A DNA stretch of 64,000 nucleotides from Escherichia coli (lineage in GTDB: Bacteria; Pseudomonadota; Gammaproteobacteria; Enterobacterales; Enterobacteriaceae): assembly GCF_024502345.1 (NCBI RefSeq), contig NZ_JALDNN010000001.1; one strand, written 5' to 3'. Below the pieces are notes generated by a model. It was not told where the DNA came from. It searched no databases and worked only from the letters and a program-made list of their open reading frames with translations. Within the stretch, counting starts at the first letter, position 1. Each line of letters opens with the position of its first letter. This document shows positions 47,874 through 59,101 of this stretch, piece by piece. The translations under genes were made by a program, and so were the position numbers.

Positions 47874-48251
47874 ATGAAAACATTACCTGTATTACCCGGG
47901 CAGGCGGCCAGTTCACGCCCGTCTCCGGTTGAAATCTGGCAGACACTGCTCACCCGACTGCTGGATCAGCACTACGGCCTTACGCTGAATGACACACCGT
48001 TCGCTGATGAACGTGTGATTGAGCAGCATATTGAGGCAGGCATTTCACTGTGCGATGCGGTGAACTTTCTCGTTGAAAAATACGCACTGGTACGTACCGA
48101 CCAGCCGGGATTCAGCGCCTGTACCCGTTCTCAGTTAATAAACAGTATTGATATCCTCCGGGCACGCCGGGCAACCGGCCTGATGACACGCGACAACTAC
48201 AGAACGGTAAATAACATTACCCTGGGTAAACATCCGGGGGCGAAACAATGA
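47874..48251 (+). CDS. CbtA/YeeV/YpjF-family type IV toxin
   Basis: Reads MKTLPVLPGQAASSRPSPVEIWQTLLTRLLDQHYGLTLNDTPFADERVIEQHIEAGISLCDAVNFLVEKYALVR.. Confidence 0.85.
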   Translation: MKTLPVLPGQAASSRPSPVEIWQTLLTRLLDQHYGLTLNDTPFADERVIEQHIEAGISLCDAVNFLVEKYALVRTDQPGFSACTRSQLINSIDILRARRATGLMTRDNYRTVNNITLGKHPGAKQ

Positions 48252-48670
48252 AACTGGCCCTGACGCTGGAAGCCGACAGCATTAATGCGCAGGCGCTGAA
48301 CATGGGGCGCATTGTCGTTGACGTCGATGGTATTGAGCTCGCTGAACTGATTAACAAAGTCGCTGAAAACGGTTATTCACTCCGCGTGGTGGATGAACGT
48401 GACGCTACCGAAACACCGGCGACTTCTGCCAGCCCTCATCAGTTGCCGGAAGACAATACAGTGATACAGAGCGTGATGCCATTAACCACTGAAACAGCGC
48501 TGGATATCCTCATTGCGTGGCTGCAGGACAATATTGACTGCGAATCGGAAATTATCTTTGACAACAATGAGGACAAAACGGATTCGGCAGCACTGTTGCC
48601 CTGTATTGAACAGGCCAGGGAGGATATCCGTACCCTGCGCCAACTGCAGCTTCTGTACCAGAACCAGTGA
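48248..48670 (+). CDS. YeeW/DUF5983-like protein
   Basis: 140 aa. Its start overlaps the toxin's stop (ATGA), the usual position after cbtA. Confidence 0.6.
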   Translation: MKLALTLEADSINAQALNMGRIVVDVDGIELAELINKVAENGYSLRVVDERDATETPATSASPHQLPEDNTVIQSVMPLTTETALDILIAWLQDNIDCESEIIFDNNEDKTDSAALLPCIEQAREDIRTLRQLQLLYQNQ

Positions 48671-48754
48671 GTCTTACTCACCAGACTTCATTCCACTGAC
48701 GCCAGCCTGAACAGGGCTGGCGTTTTCATTTATCTGCAAAAAGGAATATCGATT

Positions 48755-49597
48755 ATGTCTGAAATCACAGCCCCCCGTCCGGAAGTGGTCAACGGGCATA
48801 CGGACGTTATCTGTTCAACCAGTATCCGCCACATTCTGGCTGTACGAAAGAGTACGCTGCTGCAAATCGACACACTTACCCGGCAACTGGCAGAAATCTC
48901 AGCAATGACAGAAAGTATTGGCGGTAAAACCGCACTGGACTGGGCGATGAAACAGGATTTTCGCTGTGGTTGCTGGCTGATGGAAAAACCTGAAACGGCA
49001 ATGAAAGCCATCACCCGCAATCTCGATCGCGAAATCTGGCGTGACCTGATGCAACGTTCCGGGATGCTGTCATTAATGGATGCGCAGGCCCGTGAGACAT
49101 GGTACCGGTCACTGGAGCACGATAATTTTCCGGAAATCAGTGAAGCGAACATTCTGAGCACATTTGAACAACTACACCAGAATAAGGATGAGGTGTTTGA
49201 GCGAGGGGTGATCAACGTCTTCAGGGGACTGAACTGGAATTACAAAACCAATTGCCCCTGCAAATTTGGCAGTAAAATTATCGTCAACAACCTAGTGAGG
49301 TGGGACCGGTGGGGGTTTCATCTTATCACCGGGCAACAGACTGACCGACTCGTCGACCTGGAAAGAATGCTACATCTGTTCAGCGGCAAACCGATCCCCG
49401 ACAACCGGGAAAACATCACTATTCGTCTGGATGGTCACATCCAGTCCGTTCAGGGTAAAGAGCGCTATGAAGACGAGATGTTCATCATTAAATACTTTAA
49501 GAAGGGATCTGCACACATCACTTTCAAAAGGCTGGAACTGATTGACAGAATTAACGATATAATAGCCAGGTACTTTCCTTCTGTACTCTCAGCCTGA
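48755..49597 (+). CDS. DUF4942-domain protein (typical terminal gene of CP4-like islands)
   Basis: 280 aa with ..FEQLHQNKDEVFERGVINVFRGLNWNYKTNCPCKFGSKIIVNNL.. It is the last ORF before the tRNA-derived direct repeat. Confidence 0.65.
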   Translation: MSEITAPRPEVVNGHTDVICSTSIRHILAVRKSTLLQIDTLTRQLAEISAMTESIGGKTALDWAMKQDFRCGCWLMEKPETAMKAITRNLDREIWRDLMQRSGMLSLMDAQARETWYRSLEHDNFPEISEANILSTFEQLHQNKDEVFERGVINVFRGLNWNYKTNCPCKFGSKIIVNNLVRWDRWGFHLITGQQTDRLVDLERMLHLFSGKPIPDNRENITIRLDGHIQSVQGKERYEDEMFIIKYFKKGSAHITFKRLELIDRINDIIARYFPSVLSA

Positions 49598-49707
49598 TCC
49601 CAAGTGTGATTCCCTTTCGATATCAAAAGGGACTGCGGGTATAATTGAGGGTACATTTTTAATCAAACCAAGTAAATTATATTAATATCAATATGATAAA
49701 AGAAATT

Positions 49708-49729
49708 TTCGATTCCGAGTCCGGCACCA
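49708..49729 (+). repeat. Island-boundary direct repeat: 3' end of tRNA-Phe (pheU/pheV) with a 1-nt deletion
   Basis: TTCGATTCCGAGTCCGGCACCA compares with the tRNA-Phe 3' end TTCGATTCCGAGTCCGGGCACCA. There is no upstream tRNA body, so this is the distal att repeat and not a gene. Confidence 0.85.
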
Positions 49730-49740
49730 AATTCATATAA

Positions 49741-49766
49741 ACGGACCTCCACGGAGGTCCGTTTTT
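49741..49766 (+). terminator. Rho-independent terminator (native tRNA-Phe terminator retained after the att repeat)
   Basis: ACGGACCTCC-ac-GGAGGTCCGT followed by TTTTT. Confidence 0.75.
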
Positions 49767-49876
49767 CGTTTCAGGACGCCACGATTTAAGCGTTCTGCCG
49801 CCAAATCAATTCTACCGAACTCAACCAGATTCTCCCCACATCACCAGCAATTTGCGGGCATGGTAATGACTCCAAC

Positions 49877-50380
49877 TTATTGATAGTGTTTTATGTTCAG
49901 ATAATGCCCGATGACTTTGTCATGCAGCTCCACCGATTTTGAGAACGACAGCGACTTCCGTCCCAGCCGTGCCAGGTGCTGCCTCAGATTCAGGTTATGC
50001 CGCTCAATTCGCTGCGTATATCGCTTGCTGATTACGTGCAGCTTTCCCTTCAGGCGGGATTCATACAGCGGCCAGCCATCCGTCATCCATATCACCACGT
50101 CAAAGGGTGACAGCAGGCTCATAAGACGCCCCAGCGTCGCCATAGTGCGTTCACCGAATACGTGCGCAACAACCGTCTTCCGGAGCCTGTCATACGCGTA
50201 AAACAGCCAGCGCTGGCGCGATTTAGCCCCGACGTATCCCCACTGTTCGTCCATTTCCGCGCAGACGATGACGTCACTGCCCGGCTGTATGCGCGAGGTT
50301 ACCGACTGCGGCCTGAGTTTTTTAAATGGCGGAAAATCGTGTTGAGGCCAACGCCCATAATGCGGGCGGTTGCCCGGCAT
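49877..50380 (-). CDS. insB: IS1 InsB
   Basis: 167 aa, reading [50 protein letters not shown].. Confidence 0.95.
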   Translation of the reverse strand: MPGNRPHYGRWPQHDFPPFKKLRPQSVTSRIQPGSDVIVCAEMDEQWGYVGAKSRQRWLFYAYDRLRKTVVAHVFGERTMATLGRLMSLLSPFDVVIWMTDGWPLYESRLKGKLHVISKRYTQRIERHNLNLRQHLARLGRKSLSFSKSVELHDKVIGHYLNIKHYQ

Positions 50381-50574
50381 CCAACGCCATTCATGGCCAT
50401 ATCAATGATTTTCTGGTGCGTACCGGGTTGAGAAGCGGTGTAAGTGAACTGCAGTTGCCATGTTTTACGGCAGTGAGAGCAGAGATAGCGCTGATGTCCG
50501 GCGGTGCTTTTGCCGTTACGCACCACCCCGTCAGTAGCTGAACAGGAGGGACAGCTGATAGAAACAGAAGCCAC
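50299..50574 (-). CDS. insA: IS1 InsA
   Basis: 91 aa, reading [45 protein letters not shown].. Confidence 0.95.
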   Translation of the reverse strand: MASVSISCPSCSATDGVVRNGKSTAGHQRYLCSHCRKTWQLQFTYTASQPGTHQKIIDMAMNGVGCRATARIMGVGLNTIFRHLKNSGRSR

Positions 50575-50704
50575 TGGAGCACCTCAAAAACACCATCATA
50601 CACTAAATCAGTAAGTTGGCAGCATCACCAATCATTCTTACTCCCTTTGAATTACCCGCCTCATCAGAGATAATGCTTAAGAAATTTGTCACACAAGGAA
50701 GCTG

Positions 50705-52336
50705 ATGAGACATTCATTGCCCTACCGCATGTTACGCAAACGTCCGATGAAATTGAGTACCACTGTGATCTTAATGGTCAGCGCGGTACTGTTCTCGGTG
50801 CTATTGGTGGTGCATCTGATTTACTTCTCGCAAATCAGTGATATGACGCGAGACGGGCTAGCCAACAAGGCACTGGCAGTGGCGCGTACTCTCGCCGACT
50901 CGCCGGAAATCCGTCAGGGCTTGCAGAAAAAACCGCAGGAGAGTGGCATCCAGGCCATCGCGGAAGCCGTGCGCAAACGCAACGATCTGCTGTTTATTGT
51001 CGTTACCGATATGCAAAGTCTTCGCTACTCGCATCCTGAAGCCCAGCGTATTGGTCAGCCATTTAAAGGTGATGACATCCTTAAAGCGCTGAATGGCGAA
51101 GAAAATGTCGCTATCAATCGCGGTTTTCTGGCGCAAGCTTTACGCGTATTTACTCCCATCTACGATGAAAATCATAAACAAATTGGCGTGGTGGCGATCG
51201 GCCTTGAGTTAAGCCGCGTGACCCAACAGATCAATGACAGTCGCTGGAGCATTATCTGGTCAGTATTATTTGGCATGCTGGTCGGACTGATTGGCACCTG
51301 CATTCTGGTTAAAGTACTGAAAAAAATCCTTTTCGGCCTGGAACCCTACGAAATCTCCACGCTGTTTGAGCAACGCCAGGCCATGTTGCAGTCTATCAAA
51401 GAAGGCGTCGTTGCCGTGGACGATCGCGGCGAGGTCACGCTGATCAACGATGCCGCACAAGAATTGCTGAATTACCGTAAGTCGCAGGACGATGAGAAAC
51501 TGTCGACGCTCAGCCACTCATGGTCACAGGTGGTAGATGTCTCGGAAGTGTTACGCGACGGTACGCCGCGCCGCGACGAAGAGATTACGATTAAAGACCG
51601 GCTATTACTGATCAACACCGTTCCGGTGCGCAGTAATGGCGTTATCATCGGTGCCATTTCAACCTTCAGGGACAAAACTGAAGTTCGTAAACTGATGCAG
51701 CGACTCGACGGTCTGGTCAACTATGCTGATGCACTTCGTGAACGATCCCACGAATTTATGAATAAATTGCATGTGATTCTCGGATTATTGCATCTGAAGA
51801 GTTATAAGCAGTTGGAAGATTACATTCTCAAAACAGCCAATAACTATCAGGAAGAGATTGGCTCTATGCTGGGTAAGATCAAATCTCCGGTTATCGCTGG
51901 TTTTTTAATCAGCAAGATTAACCGCGCGACCGATTTAGGCCATACGCTGATTTTAAACAGTGAAAGCCAGCTGCCAGACAGCGGCAGTGAGGACCAGGTC
52001 GCGACGCTGATTACCACATTGGGAAATCTGATAGAAAACGCGCTGGAAGCATTAGGGCCGGAACCCGGTGGCGAAATTAGCGTAACATTGCACTACCGTC
52101 ACGGCTGGCTGCACTGCGAAGTTAACGATGATGGACCGGGGATCGCACCCGACAAAATCGATCACATTTTTGACAAAGGTGTCTCGACAAAAGGAAGCGA
52201 GCGAGGCGTCGGTTTAGCACTTGTCAAACAACAGGTAGAAAATCTCGGCGGCAGCATCGCCGTGGAATCGGAACCCGGGATTTTCACACAATTTTTTGTC
52301 CAGATACCCTGGGACGGGGAGAGGTCGAACAGATGA
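50705..52336 (+). CDS. dcuS: C4-dicarboxylate sensor histidine kinase DcuS
   Basis: The 543-aa ORF MRHSLPYRMLRKRPMKLSTTVILMVSAVLF... matches recalled K-12 DcuS almost residue for residue. Confidence 0.95.
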   Translation: MRHSLPYRMLRKRPMKLSTTVILMVSAVLFSVLLVVHLIYFSQISDMTRDGLANKALAVARTLADSPEIRQGLQKKPQESGIQAIAEAVRKRNDLLFIVVTDMQSLRYSHPEAQRIGQPFKGDDILKALNGEENVAINRGFLAQALRVFTPIYDENHKQIGVVAIGLELSRVTQQINDSRWSIIWSVLFGMLVGLIGTCILVKVLKKILFGLEPYEISTLFEQRQAMLQSIKEGVVAVDDRGEVTLINDAAQELLNYRKSQDDEKLSTLSHSWSQVVDVSEVLRDGTPRRDEEITIKDRLLLINTVPVRSNGVIIGAISTFRDKTEVRKLMQRLDGLVNYADALRERSHEFMNKLHVILGLLHLKSYKQLEDYILKTANNYQEEIGSMLGKIKSPVIAGFLISKINRATDLGHTLILNSESQLPDSGSEDQVATLITTLGNLIENALEALGPEPGGEISVTLHYRHGWLHCEVNDDGPGIAPDKIDHIFDKGVSTKGSERGVGLALVKQQVENLGGSIAVESEPGIFTQFFVQIPWDGERSNR

Positions 52337-53052
52337 TCAATGTATTAATTATCGATGACGACGCAATGGTCGCGGAGCTGAATCGCCGATACGTAGCACA
52401 AATCCCAGGCTTTCAATGCTGTGGAACAGCCTCGACGCTGGAGAAAGCCAAAGAGATTATCTTCAATAGCGATACGCCTATCGACCTGATATTGCTCGAT
52501 ATCTATATGCAAAAAGAGAACGGGCTCGATTTACTGCCTGTCCTGCATAACGCGCGTTGCAAAAGTGATGTGATTGTCATCTCCTCCGCAGCCGATGCGG
52601 CAACCATTAAAGATTCGCTGCATTACGGTGTCGTGGATTACCTGATCAAACCCTTCCAGGCTTCCCGCTTTGAAGAGGCGCTCACCGGCTGGCGGCAAAA
52701 GAAAATGGCGCTGGAAAAACATCAGTATTATGACCAGGCCGAGCTTGATCAGTTAATCCACGGCAGCAGCTCCAACGAGCAGGATCCTCGTCGCTTGCCA
52801 AAAGGCTTAACGCCGCAGACGTTACGCACGCTGTGCCAGTGGATTGACGCGCATCAGGACTATGAGTTTTCAACCGACGAGCTGGCTAACGAGGTTAACA
52901 TCTCGCGTGTTTCCTGCCGTAAATACCTCATCTGGCTGGTCAACTGCCACATCTTGTTCACCAGTATCCATTATGGCGTCACGGGGCGTCCGGTTTACCG
53001 TTACCGTATTCAGGCAGAACACTACTCACTGCTGAAACAATATTGCCAATAA
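52333..53052 (+). CDS. dcuR: Response regulator DcuR
   Basis: 239 aa, MINVLIIDDDAMVAELNRRYVAQIPGFQCCG... The start overlaps the dcuS stop (ATGA). Confidence 0.95.
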   Translation: MINVLIIDDDAMVAELNRRYVAQIPGFQCCGTASTLEKAKEIIFNSDTPIDLILLDIYMQKENGLDLLPVLHNARCKSDVIVISSAADAATIKDSLHYGVVDYLIKPFQASRFEEALTGWRQKKMALEKHQYYDQAELDQLIHGSSSNEQDPRRLPKGLTPQTLRTLCQWIDAHQDYEFSTDELANEVNISRVSCRKYLIWLVNCHILFTSIHYGVTGRPVYRYRIQAEHYSLLKQYCQ

Positions 53053-53622
53053 CGGATCGCTGGTTATCTGTAAGTAATAATTATTACCGTAATGCAAAAT
53101 ATCCCTGGCACAAGTTACATCCTTCATCAGTAAAACTTGTGCCAGATCAAATATAATTATCCCTCCATCATCGTTAAAAATTAATATCTCTTCAGATGAA
53201 CGGTGTTTTTAATTTCAAAACGCTAACAAAAGTTAATTAACTATTATGTCACCCGCATTATGTGTATTTTTACCCACAAATGGGTAGATCAGATTAATCT
53301 TTAAACCTAATGATATCTGCCCTGAGAACAAAAAATAGACCGATAAATATCAATAAGATAACAGCAAACAAAACATTAACATCTGCGCAGTACAAACTAT
53401 AAACCCATCGCCAGAGAGTTTTTCTCTCTGAAAAAGCCGCTTATCACAGTGCATAAATTTGCCGCTGCTTTAATCAGCCAATATTTACTGTGAGGTATTT
53501 GCTAAAGCCGGTAACGACCAAACGGATATTTAGTCAGGCTCTGAAAACAGTTCATACAAAACAGAACGTGACTGTGATCTATTCAGCAAAAATTTAAATA
53601 GGATTATCGCGAGGGTTCACAC

Positions 53623-54963
53623 ATGTTATTTACTATCCAACTTATCATAATACTGATATGTCTGTTTTATGGTGCCAGAAAGGGTGGTATCGCGCTGGGT
53701 TTATTAGGCGGTATCGGTCTGGTCATTCTGGTCTTCGTCTTCCACCTTCAGCCAGGTAAACCACCGGTTGATGTCATGCTGGTTATCATTGCGGTGGTGG
53801 CGGCATCGGCGACCTTGCAAGCTTCGGGCGGTCTTGATGTCATGCTGCAAATTGCCGAGAAGTTGCTGCGCCGCAACCCGAAATATGTCTCAATTGTCGC
53901 GCCGTTTGTGACCTGTACGCTGACCATTCTTTGCGGTACGGGTCATGTGGTTTACACCATTCTGCCGATCATCTACGACGTCGCCATTAAGAACAACATC
54001 CGTCCGGAACGTCCGATGGCGGCAAGTTCTATCGGTGCACAGATGGGGATTATCGCCAGTCCGGTGTCGGTTGCGGTCGTGTCTCTGGTTGCAATGCTGG
54101 GTAATGTCACCTTTGATGGTCGCCATCTTGAGTTCCTCGACCTGCTGGCAATCACCATTCCATCGACGTTAATCGGTATCCTGGCGATCGGTATCTTCAG
54201 CTGGTTCCGCGGTAAAGATCTGGATAAAGACGAAGAGTTCCAGAAATTCATCTCAGTACCGGAAAACCGTGAGTATGTTTACGGTGATACCGCGACGCTG
54301 CTCGATAAAAAACTGCCGAAAAGCAACTGGCTGGCAATGTGGATTTTCCTCGGTGCAATCGCTGTAGTCGCACTTCTTGGTGCTGATTCGGACCTGCGTC
54401 CATCCTTCGGCGGCAAACCGCTGTCGATGGTACTGGTTATTCAGATGTTTATGCTGCTGACCGGGGCGCTGATTATTATCCTGACCAAAACCAATCCCGC
54501 GTCTATCTCAAAAAACGAAGTCTTCCGTTCCGGTATGATCGCCATCGTGGCGGTGTACGGTATCGCATGGATGGCAGAAACCATGTTCGGTGCGCATATG
54601 TCTGAAATTCAGGGCGTACTGGGTGAAATGGTGAAAGAGTATCCGTGGGCCTATGCCATTGTTCTGCTGCTGGTTTCCAAGTTTGTAAACTCTCAGGCTG
54701 CGGCGCTGGCGGCGATTGTTCCGGTCGCGCTGGCGATCGGCGTTGATCCGGCATACATCGTGGCTTCAGCACCGGCTTGCTACGGTTATTACATCCTGCC
54801 GACTTATCCGAGCGATCTGGCAGCGATTCAGTTTGACCGTTCCGGCACCACCCACATCGGTCGCTTCGTCATCAACCACAGTTTTATTCTGCCGGGGTTG
54901 ATTGGTGTGAGCGTATCGTGCGTCTTCGGCTGGATCTTCGCCGCGATGTACGGGTTCTTATAA
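53623..54963 (+). CDS. dcuB: Anaerobic C4-dicarboxylate transporter DcuB
   Basis: 446 aa, [30 protein letters not shown]... Confidence 0.95.
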
Positions 54964-55040
54964 ATGCACTTTGCGTGCCGCCCGTGACTACGCGGCACGC
55001 CATTTTCGAATAACAAATACAGAGTTACAGGCTGGAAGCT

Positions 55041-56687
55041 ATGTCAAACAAACCCTTTATCTACCAGGCACCTTTCCCGATGGGGAAAGACAATACCGAA
55101 TACTATCTACTCACTTCCGATTACGTTAGCGTTGCCGACTTCAACGGCGAAACAATCCTGAAAGTGGAACCAGAAGCCCTGACTCTGCTGGCGCAGCAAG
55201 CCTTTCACGACGCTTCTTTCATGCTCCGCCCGGCACACCAGAAACAGGTTGCGGCTATTCTTCACGATCCAGAAGCCAGCGAAAACGACAAGTACGTGGC
55301 GCTGCAATTCTTAAGAAACTCCGAAATCGCCGCCAAAGGCGTGCTGCCGACCTGCCAGGATACCGGCACCGCGATCATCGTCGGTAAAAAAGGCCAGCGC
55401 GTGTGGACCGGTGGCGGTGATGAAGAAGCGCTGTCGAAAGGCGTCTATAACACCTATATCGAGGATAACCTGCGCTACTCGCAAAACGCGGCGCTGGACA
55501 TGTACAAAGAGGTCAACACCGGCACTAACCTGCCTGCACAAATCGACCTGTACGCGGTAGATGGCGATGAGTACAAATTCCTTTGCGTTGCGAAAGGCGG
55601 CGGCTCTGCCAACAAAACCTATCTCTACCAGGAAACCAAAGCCCTGCTGACTCCCGGCAAACTGAAAAACTTCCTCGTCGAGAAAATGCGTACCCTCGGT
55701 ACTGCAGCCTGCCCGCCGTACCATATCGCGTTTGTGATTGGCGGTACGTCTGCGGAAACCAACCTGAAAACCGTTAAGTTAGCAAGCGCTCACTATTACG
55801 ATGAACTGCCGACGGAAGGGAACGAACATGGTCAGGCGTTCCGCGATGTCCAGCTGGAACAGGAACTGCTGGAAGAGGCCCAGAAACTCGGTCTTGGCGC
55901 GCAGTTTGGCGGTAAATACTTCGCGCACGACATTCGCGTTATCCGTCTGCCACGTCACGGCGCATCCTGCCCGGTCGGCATGGGCGTCTCCTGCTCCGCT
56001 GACCGTAACATTAAGGCGAAAATCAACCGCGAAGGTATCTGGATCGAAAAACTGGAACACAATCCAGGTCAGTACATTCCACAAGAACTGCGCCAGGCCG
56101 GTGAAGGCGAAGCGGTGAAGGTCGACCTTAACCGCCCGATGAAAGAGATCCTCGCCCAGCTTTCGCAATATCCGGTTTCCACTCGTTTGTCGCTCACCGG
56201 CACCATTATTGTGGGTCGAGATATTGCACACGCCAAGCTGAAAGAGCTGATTGACGCCGGTAAAGAACTTCCGCAGTACATCAAAGATCACCCGATCTAC
56301 TACGCGGGTCCGGCGAAAACGCCTGCCGGTTATCCATCAGGTTCACTTGGCCCAACCACCGCAGGTCGTATGGACTCCTATGTGGATCTGCTGCAATCCC
56401 ACGGCGGCAGCATGATCATGCTAGCGAAAGGTAACCGCAGTCAGCAGGTTACCGACGCGTGTCATAAACACGGCGGCTTCTACCTCGGTAGCATCGGCGG
56501 TCCGGCGGCGGTACTGGCGCAGCAGAGCATCAAGCATCTGGAATGCGTCGCTTATCCGGAGCTGGGTATGGAAGCTATCTGGAAAATCGAAGTAGAAGAT
56601 TTCCCGGCGTTTATCCTGGTCGATGACAAAGGTAACGACTTCTTCCAGCAAATCGTCAACAAACAGTGCGCGAACTGCACTAAGTAA
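55041..56687 (+). CDS. fumB: Class I fumarate hydratase FumB
   Basis: 548 aa, [34 protein letters not shown]... Confidence 0.95.
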   Translation: MSNKPFIYQAPFPMGKDNTEYYLLTSDYVSVADFNGETILKVEPEALTLLAQQAFHDASFMLRPAHQKQVAAILHDPEASENDKYVALQFLRNSEIAAKGVLPTCQDTGTAIIVGKKGQRVWTGGGDEEALSKGVYNTYIEDNLRYSQNAALDMYKEVNTGTNLPAQIDLYAVDGDEYKFLCVAKGGGSANKTYLYQETKALLTPGKLKNFLVEKMRTLGTAACPPYHIAFVIGGTSAETNLKTVKLASAHYYDELPTEGNEHGQAFRDVQLEQELLEEAQKLGLGAQFGGKYFAHDIRVIRLPRHGASCPVGMGVSCSADRNIKAKINREGIWIEKLEHNPGQYIPQELRQAGEGEAVKVDLNRPMKEILAQLSQYPVSTRLSLTGTIIVGRDIAHAKLKELIDAGKELPQYIKDHPIYYAGPAKTPAGYPSGSLGPTTAGRMDSYVDLLQSHGGSMIMLAKGNRSQQVTDACHKHGGFYLGSIGGPAAVLAQQSIKHLECVAYPELGMEAIWKIEVEDFPAFILVDDKGNDFFQQIVNKQCANCTK

Positions 56688-56809
56688 CCTCTTCGGCCCA
56701 GCGCCTGGCAGCATGCTGCCAGGTGATCCCCCTGGGCCACCTCTTTTGCGATTGTAATTTCACGCTTGCTGGTGAATAGTCAGTATTTTCCCTGACTTGC
56801 GAACTCACC

Positions 56810-57439
56810 ATGACCCGCACACTCAAGCCGTTAATTCTTAACACCGGCGCACTGGCGCTAACGTTAATCCTCATTTATACCGGCATTTCGGCCCATGACA
56901 AACTCACCTGGCTGATGGAAGTGACACCGGTGATTATTGTCATGCCGCTACTGCTTGCCACCGCGAAACGTTATCCGTTAACGCCGCTGCTCTATACGCT
57001 CATTTTCTTTCACGCCATCATCCTGATGGTCGGCGGACAATACACCTACGCGAAAGTCCCCGTTGGTTTTGAGGTGCAGGAATGGCTGGGGTTGAGCCGT
57101 AATCCGTATGACAAGCTGGGGCATTTTTTCCAGGGGCTGGTGCCTGCACTGGTGGCACGAGAGATCCTTGTGCGCGGGATGTACGTGCGCGGACGTAAAA
57201 TGGTGGCGTTTCTGGTCTGCTGCGTGGCGCTGGCGATAAGCGCGATGTATGAATTAATCGAGTGGTGGGCGGCGCTGGCAATGGGCCAGGGAGCGGATGA
57301 TTTTCTCGGCACCCAGGGCGACCAGTGGGACACGCAATCCGATATGTTCTGCGCGCTACTTGGCGCATTAACGACGGTGATATTCCTCGCTCGCTTTCAT
57401 TGCCGCCAGCTACGGCGCTTTGGCTTAATAACCGGATAA
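56810..57439 (+). CDS. yjdF: Inner-membrane protein YjdF
   Basis: 209 aa, MTRTLKPLILNT...ISAHDKLTWLMEVTPVII... Confidence 0.9.
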   Translation: MTRTLKPLILNTGALALTLILIYTGISAHDKLTWLMEVTPVIIVMPLLLATAKRYPLTPLLYTLIFFHAIILMVGGQYTYAKVPVGFEVQEWLGLSRNPYDKLGHFFQGLVPALVAREILVRGMYVRGRKMVAFLVCCVALAISAMYELIEWWAALAMGQGADDFLGTQGDQWDTQSDMFCALLGALTTVIFLARFHCRQLRRFGLITG

Positions 57440-57455
57440 CAACGTGCACTTTGTT

Positions 57456-57492
57456 GATGCCGGATGCGGCGTGAATTCCTTATCCGGTCTAC
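57456..57492. repeat. REP (palindromic unit) element; a second REP-like hairpin lies at 57528-57554
   Basis: GATGCCGGATGCGGCGTGAATTCCTTATCCGGTCTAC fits the E. coli REP consensus. The second hairpin is GGCCTGAT..ATCAGGCC. Confidence 0.75.
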
Positions 57493-57577
57493 AAAATTTG
57501 CAAATCCAAAGCATTCCATTAAGACGTGGCCTGATAAACATATCGCATCAGGCCATTTTCGTTAGCTATTGTCCACG

Positions 57578-58999
57578 TCAGGCTTTCACATCACTCACTG
57601 CACCGACCGGAATATCAGCATGAACAAGCTCGGGCGGTACTTTGCGATATTTATCCAGCAGATGAATCTGGATCCTGCGCAGCGTGTCGCCATTGAGGCG
57701 ATAGAAACGGAAGTAGAGAATCAGCGTTACCATGAAAAACAGAGTCGGTAGAGCAATCATAATAAACTGCATACCTAATAGGGCTTGCGTAGACTGTTCA
57801 ACATTCGGTACATAGCCAATCATCCCTAACACAACCGCAATGAAAAAAGCCGCAAAGGCTGAACCGCCCTTCACCACCATAGTCTGCACGGAGTAAGCGA
57901 TGCTTTCACAGCGTACGTGCAGTTTATATTCACCGTAATCAACGGTATCTGCCACCATGATGACCTGTAATACCCAGAAAAGCGCCGTTCCCACATTCAG
58001 CAAAATACCCGCAATCACAATGAGGACGACGTTGTGATAGCTCATTAATGCCATTAACAGGAGAACACCACAGCTTAACACCGGAAGAATAGATGCTCCG
58101 GCCCATAAAATGCGTCGGGATAATGATTTAACTAAGCGTGGGAAGAATACTAACGTCACCAGGTTAGCAGCTCCCGCATACGACAGATAATAGGGGAACA
58201 AATCCGCATCACCGATAACATATGAGAAATAATAGATAGCAAAGCCGGTAATAATGTTGCTGGCTACATTATAAGCAAGAGCCATACCCAAGAGGCATGA
58301 AAGCTGATCGTTTTTATAAATAAGCGCAACGATGGCTTTAAGTGTCAGATGGCTTCCTTCAGCAGACGGTTGATTGTCTGACGAAAAGACTTCATGCACA
58401 TTGCGCAGAGTGATGATGGTTGAAACAATAAAAAAGGCGATCAGTACCAGTGTGAACATCTGAAAGCCAAATCCCCGATCGCCACCGCCGACATAATTAA
58501 CAAATGGTAGCGTCACACCTGCCGTAACAAAGCCCGCCAGACTGGCAAAAAAACGCGGATAAGGAACCAGTTGTTCACGCTCACGTTTATCGAGCGTGAT
58601 GGTTGGAACCAGCGACCAGAAGGGAATATCCATAATGGTGTAAGTCATGCCCCAGAGGATGTAGGTCACGCAAACAAAGACAATCTGAGTAGTACCTTCA
58701 AACAGATGCGCACTAAAGAGGAGAAATAAGATTACAGAGTTTGCCAACGTACCGATCAGGATCCAGGGTTTGAACTTACCCCATCGCGATCGCGTAGCAT
58801 TTACAATCCATCCCATAATCGGATCGTTAATAGCATCCCAGATCCTCGCCACCAGAAACAAAGTACCGACCAAACCCACAGACAGCCCGACGACATCGGT
58901 GTAGTAATACATGAGGTACATATACACAATGCCGATCGCAAAATCCTTCCCGAACGCTCCAAATCCATAACTGAGTTTTGTAGTCATTGAAATGCTCAT
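57578..58999 (-). CDS. melB: Melibiose:cation symporter MelB
   Basis: The start is taken at [20 protein letters not shown] (58999), as in K-12. The longest ORF starts at 59023. Confidence 0.95.
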   Translation of the reverse strand: MSISMTTKLSYGFGAFGKDFAIGIVYMYLMYYYTDVVGLSVGLVGTLFLVARIWDAINDPIMGWIVNATRSRWGKFKPWILIGTLANSVILFLLFSAHLFEGTTQIVFVCVTYILWGMTYTIMDIPFWSLVPTITLDKREREQLVPYPRFFASLAGFVTAGVTLPFVNYVGGGDRGFGFQMFTLVLIAFFIVSTIITLRNVHEVFSSDNQPSAEGSHLTLKAIVALIYKNDQLSCLLGMALAYNVASNIITGFAIYYFSYVIGDADLFPYYLSYAGAANLVTLVFFPRLVKSLSRRILWAGASILPVLSCGVLLLMALMSYHNVVLIVIAGILLNVGTALFWVLQVIMVADTVDYGEYKLHVRCESIAYSVQTMVVKGGSAFAAFFIAVVLGMIGYVPNVEQSTQALLGMQFIMIALPTLFFMVTLILYFRFYRLNGDTLRRIQIHLLDKYRKVPPELVHADIPVGAVSDVKA

Positions 59000-59101
59000 A
59001 GGGTATCGGGTCGCTGTTACCAACGCCCGCCTTCTGTTATTGGTATCGTCAGAGGTGTGCGCCGGAATAAATCCCCCGGCGCAGTAGCGTTTAGTCGCGT
59101 T

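Larger units (their letters stand above)
49862..50629 (-). mobile_element. IS1 (768 bp), no flanking target-site duplication
   Basis: Ends are GGTAATGACTCCAACTTATTGATAGTG... and ...CAGTAAGTTGGCAGCATCACC. The flanks (tttgcgggcat / aatcattctt) differ. Confidence 0.95.

Noticed and set aside
49708-49729. A tRNA-Phe gene
   Set aside because: Only the last 22 nt of the tRNA are present (with a 1-nt deletion), and the upstream sequence has no tRNA body. This is the island's distal att repeat.
53137-53150. TTGTGccagATCAA as the FNR/CRP-type site controlling dcuB
   Set aside because: It is a plausible near-palindrome, but it lies ~480 bp upstream of the dcuB start. I cannot place it relative to the known promoter from memory, so I have not called it as a feature.
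55107-56714. Several minus-strand ORFs (66-170 aa) inside fumB
   Set aside because: They are antisense shadows of a well-recognised core gene.
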